Source: a virus | Taxonomy: Duplodnaviria > Caudoviricetes | IMG/VR virus record: IMGVR_UViG_3300048856_000021 | Coordinates: 1 to 42,851 of that record | Strand: one strand, 5' to 3' | Length of the DNA: 42,851 bases | In this document: positions 1 through 8,139 of the stretch, piece by piece | How positions within the stretch are numbered: position 1 is the stretch's first letter | How the letters are laid out: each line of letters starts with the position of its first letter | The notes under the pieces: generated by a model | The model's database searches: none | What the model was told of the DNA's origin: nothing | What the model saw: only the letters and a program-made list of their open reading frames with translations | Translations under genes and position numbers: made by a program

Positions 1-30
1 GGCACCGGGCCTCCAGCGCGTGGCCGGCCC

Positions 31-501
31 TCAGACCAGGCCGAGCTTCTTCCGCAGGCTCGCGACGTGCCCGGTGGCCTTGACGTTGTAGAGCGGCAGC
101 TGGACGGCGCCGTCCTCGTCGACCACGATCGTGGACCGGATCGTGCCGGTGACGATCTTGCCGTAGTTGTTCTTCTCGCCCCAGGCCGCGTACGCCTTGT
201 GCACGGCGAGGTCGGGGTCGCTCAGCAGCGGGAAGGTCAGTGCCTGCTCGTGCTGGAACGTCTTGAGCTTCGCCTGCTCGTCCTTCGAGACACCGAGGAC
301 CTCGTAGCCGGCGGCCTGCAGCGAGGACATGTTGTCGCGGAAGTCGCAGGCCTCGGTGGTGCAGCCCGGGGTGGACGCCGCCGGGTAGAAGTACACGATG
401 ACCTTCTTGCCGCGGAGGGCGGCGAGGGAGTGCTCGACGCCGTCCTGGTCGGGCAGCGTGAAGTCGGGGGCGGTGTCGCCGGGGACGAGACGGTCGGTCA
501 T
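31..501 (-). CDS. bcp: Peroxiredoxin Bcp/PrxQ (host)
   Basis: MTDRLVPGDTAPDFTLPDQDG...YFYPAASTPGCTTEACDFRD carries the PxxxTxxC-x4-C motif of BCP; ATG at 501 with AGGAG RBS. Confidence 0.95.
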   Translation of the reverse strand: MTDRLVPGDTAPDFTLPDQDGVEHSLAALRGKKVIVYFYPAASTPGCTTEACDFRDNMSSLQAAGYEVLGVSKDEQAKLKTFQHEQALTFPLLSDPDLAVHKAYAAWGEKNNYGKIVTGTIRSTIVVDEDGAVQLPLYNVKATGHVASLRKKLGLV

Positions 502-596
502 GGTGCTCCTGTTCGCGTCGTGCGCCCGCGAGTGGTCGTGGGCGCGCGAAACCCATGCTATTGTTGATTCCCGTTGCGGCACGGAAGCCGGAACAT

Positions 597-670
<74 letters not shown>

Positions 671-673
671 GGC

Positions 674-728
674 AAAGGCCCGATCAGTGTATCCCCGGTA
701 GCATCCCCCGGGTTCTGATCGGGCCTTT
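674..728 (+). terminator. Phage-supplied terminator-like hairpin downstream of the reconstituted tRNA
   Basis: Perfect 14-bp inverted repeat AAAGGCCCGATCAG (674-687) / CTGATCGGGCCTTT (715-728). Confidence 0.75.
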
Positions 729-801
729 CGTGCATCCACTGATGGATGACGTGCGAGGAACACGCCCGAGGTTCAGTCGGACGGCAACTTTGCTAGGACG
801 G

Positions 802-1215
802 TCACGCAGCCCTCGTCAGCCAGGCACGCGCCGAGTTCTCGCTGCGGGTGACCACCTCGAGGTGCGCCGGGTTCACGCACGACGTGTTCCGGCACAGGTG
901 GTCGAGGGTCAGGTCTTCGGCTACTGGTCCGCGGCTGGCCTCGTAGGAGAACCGGTGCGCCAGGTGCTGCTCACCGCGGTACATGAGCCGTCCGTACCCC
1001 TTGGGGTCACGGGCTCCGCCCCACTCCCAGCAGCCCGCCTCTGTGACGCGCGTACGGGCCGCGACGACCTCGGTGGGTGACAGGTTCCGCAGTTGCTGTC
1101 GCTGCCCGCTCAGCGCCTTCTGGCGGGCTGCCTCGCGCTTGTAGTGCGGCTTGCACCAGCCCCGTGCGTAGTGCTTCCGCGAGCACCCGTCGGCCGTGCA
1201 GGTTCGATCGCTCAT
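802..1215 (-). CDS. HNH endonuclease with N-terminal Cys/His zinc-finger-like segment
   Basis: CTADGC..GWCKPHY; CWEWGG..GYG..AHRFSY..LDHLCRNTSCVNPAHLEVVTRSEN; ATG 1215 with AGGAG RBS. Confidence 0.9.
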   Translation of the reverse strand: MSDRTCTADGCSRKHYARGWCKPHYKREAARQKALSGQRQQLRNLSPTEVVAARTRVTEAGCWEWGGARDPKGYGRLMYRGEQHLAHRFSYEASRGPVAEDLTLDHLCRNTSCVNPAHLEVVTRSENSARAWLTRAA

Positions 1216-1233
1216 CTTCGGTCTCCTTTTGTG

Positions 1234-1263
1234 TTGCGTTTCCGCTACACAAAAGAGTACGCT
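1234..1263 (+). promoter_or_regulatory. Putative sigma-A promoter of the rightward accessory operon
   Basis: TTGCGT-N18-TACGCT in an AT-richer divergent intergenic region; -10 flanked by CGCTAC/GTAGCG inverted repeat. Confidence 0.45.
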
Positions 1264-1301
1264 GTAGGTAGCGAAGTAGCCACACATAGGAGGCCCGTAC
1301 G

Positions 1302-1517
1302 ATGACAACCGTGAGTCCGAAGCTCAGCAGTCCACCCACGCCGACGATGCGGCGGCGGCTCGTCGATGCTGGCGAGGCAGCACGCAAGGCTGACGCCGAG
1401 CTCCGAGCGAGCGTGATCGACGCCCTCGATGCTGGTGTCAGCGTTCGCGAGGTCGCAGCCCTGACCGACATCAGCACGAACACGGTGCAGCGGTGGAAGC
1501 GCGAGGCCCACCGATGA
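1302..1517 (+). CDS. Small helix-turn-helix DNA-binding protein
   Basis: GVSVREVAALTDISTNTVQRW HTH; AGGAGG RBS. Confidence 0.85.
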   Translation: MTTVSPKLSSPPTPTMRRRLVDAGEAARKADAELRASVIDALDAGVSVREVAALTDISTNTVQRWKREAHR

Positions 1518-1744
1518 CCGCCCCCACCCCGCGCGCAGACCTAACGCGCCTCAGTGTCGACCTCACCCCAGAGTCAGCGGTAGACCTACAGCATCTGGCC
1601 AACCTTCACGGCCGGTCCATCACGGAGACAGTCCGGCGCATGATTTCCGTAGCCCGGTTCCTCGACGACGAACTTGAACAGGGCCGCTTCCTGCAGGTCG
1701 TCGACCGGGAACGCAACGAGGTTCGAGAGTTGGTGATCCGATGA
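1514..1744 (+). CDS. Ribbon-helix-helix-like (CopG-type) protein
   Basis: RLSVDLTPESAVDLQHLANLHGRSITETVRRMI fits a beta-alpha-alpha pattern; ATGA overlap with the upstream gene. Confidence 0.7.
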   Translation: MTAPTPRADLTRLSVDLTPESAVDLQHLANLHGRSITETVRRMISVARFLDDELEQGRFLQVVDRERNEVRELVIR

Positions 1745-1866
1745 CGACCCCAACCTCTTTGGAGGCCGCGTACCAGGAGCTGCACTTCCGGTTCCAGCGC
1801 GGCGACCTCATGCCACCGGAGCGGGTCCTTGACCTGATCAAGCGACGAATCGAGATGGCCGCATGA
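1741..1866 (+). CDS. Hypothetical protein, 41 aa (not in ORF track)
   Basis: MTTPTSLEAAYQELHFRFQRGDLMPPERVLDLIKRRIEMAA; ATGA overlaps at both ends. Confidence 0.7.
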   Translation: MTTPTSLEAAYQELHFRFQRGDLMPPERVLDLIKRRIEMAA

Positions 1867-2069
1867 CCGCCTCCACCCCTACGCGGCTGTTCGCGGTGCG
1901 CCCGTACCCGAAGCTCGTGTGGCACTACTGCGTGGGAAGCAGCCACTGGTCGCTGTGCGGGCAGTGGGTGTCGACGCGGAGTTCGGTGACGCGCACTGTG
2001 TCGAACATCCCTGCCGACGAGCGTGCCTGCAAGAAGTGCGTGCGCAAGTTCGAAGGAGCAAGCGCATGA
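1863..2069 (+). CDS. Small putative zinc-binding hypothetical protein
   Basis: WHY..SLCG...CKKC; ATGA coupling on both sides. Confidence 0.7.
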   Translation: MTASTPTRLFAVRPYPKLVWHYCVGSSHWSLCGQWVSTRSSVTRTVSNIPADERACKKCVRKFEGASA

Positions 2070-2671
2070 CCGCCCCCAGCCCGGAGCAGATCCGGGCGCT
2101 GGCAAGCAAGATGCTGGCAACGGCGGACTGGGTTCGCGACGAGATGCCTGACCTGGCCGAGGAGATAGAAGACGGCGTTATCGCTCTCCGTGCCGCCGCC
2201 GACCAACTCGAAGCGGTGCGCGCTTGGGTGGACGAGCATCACCACCACTTCGCTGAGATCAGCGAACTCGACGCCATCCTCACCGCTGACACCGCACCCC
2301 GGGAACCGGACCAATGGGTGACGACGACTGAGTACGCGTATGGTGCGCGCGACGCACCAGACATCATCGTGCCGACAGGTGAGGACATCGACGACCTCGG
2401 GACTGCGCGGTACAACGCCGAGGAGTTCTGGATCGATGTGCTGCAACGCACCGTCAAGCGTGGTCCATGGACAGTCGTCCCCGCACCGCAGGAGGACCGC
2501 ATGAGCAAGTGCGACTGGCCGGAATGTCCCGGCTACCCGGCTACTGTCGAGAAGCACGAAATTGAGTCCGGCCCGGAACTGCACCCGCAGTGCAAGGACG
2601 CGATCCTGCTTGCCGAACGAGCGCGTCGCGAGGGTTGGCACACCGCACCCCAGCAGGACCGTGATGAGTGA
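2066..2671 (+). CDS. Mosaic hypothetical protein (three modules; internal RBS and ATG at 2501)
   Basis: GGAG RBS and ATGA overlap at 2066; high-GC phage-like codon use; internal boundary repeats. Confidence 0.75.
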   Translation: MTAPSPEQIRALASKMLATADWVRDEMPDLAEEIEDGVIALRAAADQLEAVRAWVDEHHHHFAEISELDAILTADTAPREPDQWVTTTEYAYGARDAPDIIVPTGEDIDDLGTARYNAEEFWIDVLQRTVKRGPWTVVPAPQEDRMSKCDWPECPGYPATVEKHEIESGPELHPQCKDAILLAERARREGWHTAPQQDRDE

Positions 2672-2984
2672 CCCGGTGGACACGGAAGCGCTGCGGAAGA
2701 CGGCACGTAAGGCAGGTGCAGCGATCGCAGCCGTGGCACTCAATGGTGGGCGCATCCAGATGCGCGTGCCTGCTGACCCCGAGAGTGACACGGACCTGCT
2801 GGTTACCGCACTCGAATGCGACGCACTTGCTGCCGCTGACGAGCTCGATCGCCTGCGCATCGTCCTGACCGACGCACCCCACGACACGTGGTGCGCTTCC
2901 CACGACTGGGGCAACGACAACCACCCGGGCGACGCGCGCCCCTGCGACTGCTGGAAAGCTGACGTCGCCCTAGACGGCACGTAG
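2664..2984 (+). CDS. Hypothetical protein with C-terminal His/Cys cluster
   Basis: MSDPVDTEALRK...PHDTWC..H...PCDCWK; overlaps the previous stop. Confidence 0.75.
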   Translation: MSDPVDTEALRKTARKAGAAIAAVALNGGRIQMRVPADPESDTDLLVTALECDALAAADELDRLRIVLTDAPHDTWCASHDWGNDNHPGDARPCDCWKADVALDGT

Positions 2985-3007
2985 TCGTCCGGGGGACACT
3001 GTTCCTC

Positions 3008-3502
3008 ATGGGGTTCAAGGAGTGGTTGGCGGGAGCAGACGAGCGCGCGTCGAAAGCGTCTGCCCGTCTTGATGAGATCCGCACCCGTCAGGCGACCACC
3101 GGGAAGTTCGCCGGCGTCTACCTCACCGACGGGATGATCGGGTGGACCGACCAAGGCCACGCACGACGTGAACCCGTCACCGGGGCTCGTGCGGAAGTCG
3201 CTGTCGGCGCCGACGCGCAACGCCGCATCACCGCGACCCGCCCGAGGATCAACCGGAAGGCATCGACGGCATCGAATGGTCCGAAGCGGTCGACCACGCA
3301 CCCGTCTGGGTTGACGTCGTCTTCTCCCGCAGCGGTCGCCCGCGTCGGCTTGGACGAACCCGGGGACTCGTTGACGGCCGCTCCCGCGCTCGTCCGCAAC
3401 CGTCCGGCAGCTGAAAACACGGCGCTGAACGACGAAGGGCCCCCCTCGAGCTCCCGAAAAGGAACCCGAGGGGGACTGTTGCTTTATCAGCAAGCGAGCT
3501 AG
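3008..3502 (+). pseudogene. Probably chimeric or truncated gene (credible N-terminus to about 3240, low-complexity tail)
   Basis: MGFKEWLAG...RRITATR looks coding; after about 3240 the more protein-like frame changes, and the ORF runs through a terminator hairpin. Confidence 0.45.
3441..3474 (-). terminator. Terminator-like hairpin at the end of the late operon
   Basis: Minus strand: 14-bp stem CCCCCTCGGGTTCC / GGAGCTCGAGGGGG (with G-U pairs) followed by GCCCTTCGTCGTT. Confidence 0.7.
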
Positions 3503-3511
3503 TCTCAATGC

Positions 3512-3769
3512 ATGCTTACTGGCCTACTTGCTCTCGCCGCAGTCGCAGCAGTGTTTGCCGCTACTGGTGGCATTTGGGCCTGGCTCACGTCCACGCCCGC
3601 CGCCGGTAGTACGGGACCGATTGCCGCTGTCCGGCGGGCCATGCACGCTCATGACGCCAAACGCCGCGCGTTCTGCCGGTCGTGCCGCACGCAACTTGCG
3701 GTTGAAGGCGGCTACTGCTCGGAAGCTTGCGCTGTGCATGACGGCGAGCTGCAGTCGATCGCCTTCTAA
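3512..3769 (+). CDS. Small membrane-anchored protein with CxxC...YCSxxC zinc-ribbon-like motif (moron-like)
   Basis: Hydrophobic N-terminus; FCRSC..GGYCSEAC; TAGTCT -10-like hexamer 6 nt upstream of ATG. Confidence 0.6.
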   Translation: MLTGLLALAAVAAVFAATGGIWAWLTSTPAAGSTGPIAAVRRAMHAHDAKRRAFCRSCRTQLAVEGGYCSEACAVHDGELQSIAF

Positions 3770-5937
3770 GGCGTCCCGTAGAACGCCTTCTGGCTTGCCG
3801 CAACCGACTGGCGATCCGTTGAACCGAGCGCCGTCGGCCAGAACGCGAACTCCGACAGAAGCATCGCGAAGTTGGCCTCCGAACCGGATCGAACAACACC
3901 ACCGATCGCGAACCTGTCCTTCACCTCGGACGGCCGCGTGTACGCAGCAGCGTTCAGATCGATCGCACCGTCTAGCCACTGCGACAGCGTGGATCCGGTG
4001 TCGACCGCGCTGAGCTGGTGGGCTGCGCCGTTGAACGTTGCGAGCGTGCCCCGCTTTGTCGTGTCTGTGCTCGGGAACGCGGTCGTCATGACGGGCATCG
4101 CTGCGGCACTGCCGATATCGGGTTGCTGAAGCCCATACTGCTGAGTGCCGACCGTCGACGCCGATTCTGCCCACATGCGCTTCTGGCCTCCCGGGACCGC
4201 AGCGGACACAACGCCACAAGCGGTTGCTGAACCCGCGACGAACAAAGCAGGCGACATGTTCGACAGGATGTCGTCGGTTCCATCGAACTGCGCGGCTGGC
4301 TTGCCGGCGCTCGTGATGACGGCTCCCGATGAGACCAGCTTCGGCTGTTTTGCGGCGACGCTTTGCGTGATGTGCCGGCTATTACCGCTTTGGTCGTACC
4401 AGGTCACGATGAAGGCGTCGCCCGAGCCGGCGAACGACAGCAGGGAATTGGTGTCGAGAGCCCCAGCCACGAATCCGATGTCAGTAGTGGCGTTGTCCGT
4501 TGCGCGGCGGACGTTCACAGCCTTACCGGCGTAGTTGTCCCCGACCTTCCGGAGAGAGTACGCCTGGGCGGAAGACGCGACGCCGAGCACGTTGATGATC
4601 ACGTTCTCAGCAGTGCTGATCGTGAGGACTGTGGAGACCGGACCTGACGCGGTGCTCGTCTGAGCGCTCACCCGGAATCGGTAGGTAGTGCTGGCAGTCA
4701 GACCGGTGACGGTGGCTGCCGAGTCCGTCACTCTCGGGACCGAAGTCCAGCTGGACGCACCATTCACCTGATACTCGACGAGATACGCAGTCGCGCCGGT
4801 GACGGCGTTCCAGGAGAGAGGGACGCTGTTTCCCGTCGGCGTTCCGCCCGCCAGCCCGGTTACCTGTCCCAGCGTCGGCAACACCTCCGAGTACGGCGCG
4901 AGACCCGCCGAGACCCGCTCGAACGCGTCGAAGAATGCCCGTCCGTTGTACCTCGATCCCGGCCCGTTGAAGTGGTTCCCATCACCCTTGTTCATGCTGA
5001 CGGCAGAGACGGCCACGTCGGTCCGCGCGATCCTGTTGGGAGTGTCCCGGTGAACGGCATCGATCTGGGCCCGGGTGCCGGTGCTGAGGTACTCGGGGAC
5101 CATCGTCCCGATGATGAACGGGAGCGTGCTTTCACTGAGGTCTGTCCGGAGACCGGCGATGAGCGCATCAAGATCGGTCTGATACTGAGCCCCTGTGGTG
5201 CCCGCATCACCGTCCGTTTCGCCCTGCAGCCACAGTGCGGCAACGATCCGCGAGCCTGAACCGGCGGCAGACAGCGCACCCTGCACCTGAGCGATCATGT
5301 TCGCGTAGAGGTTCCCTGCAACGCCGCGACGCCACCCGAGAGCGGCAGTTGTGGAGAGCGCGGTACCTCCGTGTGCAACAGGAACGAGCAGCACTTTGCG
5401 CCCCAACGCAAGGCGGCGAGCGGTGTACCACCGAGCGAACTGCAGGCCAGGCCCGATTCCCGAGGGAGTGTCGTGCATCAGCAGCGGTTCTGAAGCCGGT
5501 GAGATGGTGTTCTTCGCCGCACCGGAGTTGCCGTACTGGAAGATGCGTGCGTTGATCGGGTCCGTGGTCGCGGAGAAGGGCGTTCCCCGCCCGGACATGT
5601 TGGACTGGCCTGCGAGGATCACGATGTCGTAGCCGGGGTCGGCGGGGGCGCTTCCGCCGCCAGCTGCGACTGCCTCAGCGATCGCAGCGCCTTCGAGGGT
5701 GCCGGGGTCACCGAGGTTCGCGGCAAGTTGCGACCGCACCTGCGTCGGAAGGTCACCGGTCGCCGTCGCCGTCATGAAGATCGGGAGCTCCGCCCACAGG
5801 CTGAACCCGTCACCGATCTTCGTCACCCGCGACGTCTCGTCGTACCCCCACTCACCCGGTTCAAGCGGACGGGCACTGTCCGCCCAGGACTCCGCGTTCC
5901 CGCGCCGCACCACGATCGTTGCGTATTGCGTTGCCAT
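3766..5937 (-). CDS. Multidomain tail-associated protein: Mtd-N-like anchor, SGNH/SASA O-acetylesterase, FN3, and arabinofuranosidase-B/LamG-like beta-sandwich
   Basis: RRG..W...L.PGEWGY.....KIGDG...W..LP N-terminus; AGQSNM, WLQGETD and DGNHF SASA motifs; VPLSWNAV..Y.VEY..VTGLTASTTYRFRVSA FN3; AYSLRK..VRR..D....DIGF...WYDQSGN. Confidence 0.85.
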   Translation of the reverse strand: MATQYATIVVRRGNAESWADSARPLEPGEWGYDETSRVTKIGDGFSLWAELPIFMTATATGDLPTQVRSQLAANLGDPGTLEGAAIAEAVAAGGGSAPADPGYDIVILAGQSNMSGRGTPFSATTDPINARIFQYGNSGAAKNTISPASEPLLMHDTPSGIGPGLQFARWYTARRLALGRKVLLVPVAHGGTALSTTAALGWRRGVAGNLYANMIAQVQGALSAAGSGSRIVAALWLQGETDGDAGTTGAQYQTDLDALIAGLRTDLSESTLPFIIGTMVPEYLSTGTRAQIDAVHRDTPNRIARTDVAVSAVSMNKGDGNHFNGPGSRYNGRAFFDAFERVSAGLAPYSEVLPTLGQVTGLAGGTPTGNSVPLSWNAVTGATAYLVEYQVNGASSWTSVPRVTDSAATVTGLTASTTYRFRVSAQTSTASGPVSTVLTISTAENVIINVLGVASSAQAYSLRKVGDNYAGKAVNVRRATDNATTDIGFVAGALDTNSLLSFAGSGDAFIVTWYDQSGNSRHITQSVAAKQPKLVSSGAVITSAGKPAAQFDGTDDILSNMSPALFVAGSATACGVVSAAVPGGQKRMWAESASTVGTQQYGLQQPDIGSAAAMPVMTTAFPSTDTTKRGTLATFNGAAHQLSAVDTGSTLSQWLDGAIDLNAAAYTRPSEVKDRFAIGGVVRSGSEANFAMLLSEFAFWPTALGSTDRQSVAASQKAFYGTP

Positions 5938-5975
5938 GCTGGCCTCTCTCCGATGTCACGGCCCTACGGCCTACT

Positions 5976-6431
5976 TCACGTTCTGGGGCGCGGCAGACGC
6001 GGCTGCGTCGCTTCCAGCGCCGAAGGGATCACGTCCGCGAGCGTCACCGCGTCCTCACCCTCGGGGTACGGCATCTCCGGCTCGACACCCCACGCGTTCA
6101 TGATCTGACCCACCCAACGGGCGAGCGCGGTACGGAACTTGCGGTCCTCGCTCTTGAACGCGGCGAGCTCGTCACGGAGGCCCTTGACCTCTTCGCGGTA
6201 CGACTTCACCTCAGCCTGCATCTGCTTGTTCGACTCGAGGACGTCCTTCACGAACTGGCCGGGATCAGCCGACCAGCGTGCTACTGCTTCCTGCTCCTCA
6301 TCGGACACCTCCGCACGGCGCTTCCGCCGTGCGCGACGCACACCGAAGAACGCGAACGGTGACCCAATCGCGGCGATGAGCAGGGCACCTGCCGTGGTGA
6401 TCAGCGTTCGGGTGGTTTCCGGATCGCTCAC
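5976..6431 (-). CDS. Lysis-cassette membrane protein (1 TM plus coiled coil)
   Basis: N-terminal hydrophobic helix, basic stretch and heptad-rich region; coupled to the upstream gene. Confidence 0.75.
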   Translation of the reverse strand: MSDPETTRTLITTAGALLIAAIGSPFAFFGVRRARRKRRAEVSDEEQEAVARWSADPGQFVKDVLESNKQMQAEVKSYREEVKGLRDELAAFKSEDRKFRTALARWVGQIMNAWGVEPEMPYPEGEDAVTLADVIPSALEATQPRLPRPRT

Positions 6432-6895
6432 GCCAACCCCCTTCGTGCGATGCGTCGGGTGGCGCTTGCGTCGGCCTCCTTGCGCCCGATCTCCCCGATC
6501 AGGTCACCGATCCTGATGAGCAGACCGATGACAGCCAGGTCGACCAGGATGATGGTGAGCAGCGACGAGAGGGAACCGGAGTCGACGTAGAACCCCATGA
6601 CGATTCCGTAGACGATGAACCCGATGACGAGGACACCCTTCCCGACGAGCTCGGTCCAGTCGCGCATGAACACCAGCCCGACGCTCGCGAGCACCGCACC
6701 AATGCCCATCGTGGCTGCCCACGCGTACGGGAACCAGGACAGGGTGAAGTCCTCGACGACCTGGGACCCGACGAGCACAGCGACGCCCGCGAACGCAAGC
6801 AAGTGCAGGTCGACGATCGGCAGGAACACGGTGTAGATCGGCCGGAACCGCTTCGGGACCAGCGGCAGGGAACCCTCAGACCAGATCGTCTTCAC
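6428..6895 (-). CDS. Lysis-cassette membrane protein (about 4 TM)
   Basis: GTG at 6895 with GGGAGG RBS; four hydrophobic segments. Confidence 0.75.
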   Translation of the reverse strand: MKTIWSEGSLPLVPKRFRPIYTVFLPIVDLHLLAFAGVAVLVGSQVVEDFTLSWFPYAWAATMGIGAVLASVGLVFMRDWTELVGKGVLVIGFIVYGIVMGFYVDSGSLSSLLTIILVDLAVIGLLIRIGDLIGEIGRKEADASATRRIARRGLA

Positions 6896-6911
6896 GGCGA
6901 CCCTCCCGCGG

Positions 6912-7244
6912 TCAGTCACTCTGCTCAGTACGCAGGTCAGTGGTCGACGGTTCGAACTGCGCCGGCTGCAGCTCCTGCGCCGCCGGGTTGATGGCGTTCT
7001 TCGGGAGGAACGCTGCCAGGAACCCGACCACGAACCCGGTGACCACAGCACCAGCCGCGGCGCCGACCTTCGCCGTGTCGACCTTCCCGTCCGCCCAGAA
7101 CCCCGTCACCGAGATCCCACCGATCGCGAGCGCCGCACCAGCGACACCAGCCGACCACGCCTTCTTCGCTCGAGCTCCGAGGTTCGCAATGAACCCGGAC
7201 AGCCAGGAGCCGGAGACCGCTTCGTGCTTGCCGTTGTCGCTCAC
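6912..7244 (-). CDS. Putative holin (2 TM)
   Basis: Directly after the endolysin; KKAWSAGVAGAALAIGG.. and AVVTGFVVGFLAAFLPKN hydrophobic helices. Confidence 0.7.
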   Translation of the reverse strand: MSDNGKHEAVSGSWLSGFIANLGARAKKAWSAGVAGAALAIGGISVTGFWADGKVDTAKVGAAAGAVVTGFVVGFLAAFLPKNAINPAAQELQPAQFEPSTTDLRTEQSD

Positions 7245-8056
7245 GCTGCGTCCTCCTCAGCCAGAGCCGCCTTCACAGCTGACTCGAACTTCGCGGACAC
7301 CGCGACGCCCAGGGAGTCACGACGGTCACGGCAGTCCTGGATCAGACCGGACACCTGCGCCGAAGACAGCGTCTGGAACAGGCTCGTGTCACCAGGGACA
7401 GCGTGGGAGTAGGTGATCGCGCGGGAGCTCGACACGGCGGTGAACGACAGCTCACCGATCGCGTACTGCTTCTTCGTCTTCTCGGACGTGACGTACAGCA
7501 TGTCTGCCTCGACTTTCGGAGTGGGTGGCTTGACGGGTGCCGGCGCTTTCACCGGCGGCTTGGGGGCTGCGGACGGCTTCGCCGCGAGGCGAGCTCGAGC
7601 GTCCGGGTACGGGGGAACCGCTTCTGCACGGGTCGCGAACTCGTGGTGCCACGGCTCGTTGAAGTAGCGGCCGGTCCACGTGCCGCCGCGGCCCTCGACG
7701 ATCTGGTGCAGCCGGGTGAACTCGTCCGCGTACAGGGCCCGGTTCGACCCGTCCGGCAAGGTGATGCCGAAGTCGATCGCGTTGCCGTGCAGCACCTCGT
7801 CATGCCGCGACGTGAACGGTGCGGCAACCACGACACCGAGCGCGGCCCGGTTGTTCCACAGGTACGACTGCCGCCACCGGGACCGCATGCCCTCGTTGAC
7901 CGACAGAGAACCCGACCGGCCCTTCGACCGCAGGTACGCGTTGAAGTCGATGATCGTGGACAGCACCTGCAGAGCGATCCGCTCCGACATGACGTACTGC
8001 TCCACGCCGCGGAGATCCCCGAACGAGGACTTCCGCACGCTGAACTTGGCGACCAT
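7241..8056 (-). CDS. Endolysin, M15/VanY-like zinc peptidase
   Basis: EGMRS..Q, TSRH...GNAID and EPWHHEF motifs; Pro/Lys linker; sits ahead of holin-like genes. Confidence 0.85.
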   Translation of the reverse strand: MVAKFSVRKSSFGDLRGVEQYVMSERIALQVLSTIIDFNAYLRSKGRSGSLSVNEGMRSRWRQSYLWNNRAALGVVVAAPFTSRHDEVLHGNAIDFGITLPDGSNRALYADEFTRLHQIVEGRGGTWTGRYFNEPWHHEFATRAEAVPPYPDARARLAAKPSAAPKPPVKAPAPVKPPTPKVEADMLYVTSEKTKKQYAIGELSFTAVSSSRAITYSHAVPGDTSLFQTLSSAQVSGLIQDCRDRRDSLGVAVSAKFESAVKAALAEEDAA

Positions 8057-8077
8057 GACGGCCCCCTTCCATGACGA

Positions 8078-8101
8078 AAGCCGCCCACACAGGGGCGGCT
8101 T
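8078..8101 (-). terminator. Terminator-like hairpin between the tail and lysis genes
   Basis: AAGCCGCCC-N6-GGGCGGCTT followed by TCGTCAT on the minus strand. Confidence 0.6.
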
Positions 8102-8139
8102 AGGGTCTTTTGGCTGATTTTGGGTGCTTTATCTCGCGC

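Noticed and set aside
1925-3508. 527-aa minus-strand ORF
   Set aside because: Shadow of a tightly ATGA-coupled + strand gene string that has good RBSs
3766-5937. Diversity-generating retroelement suggested by the Mtd-like N-terminus
   Set aside because: No reverse transcriptase gene and no template/variable repeat pair seen in the window
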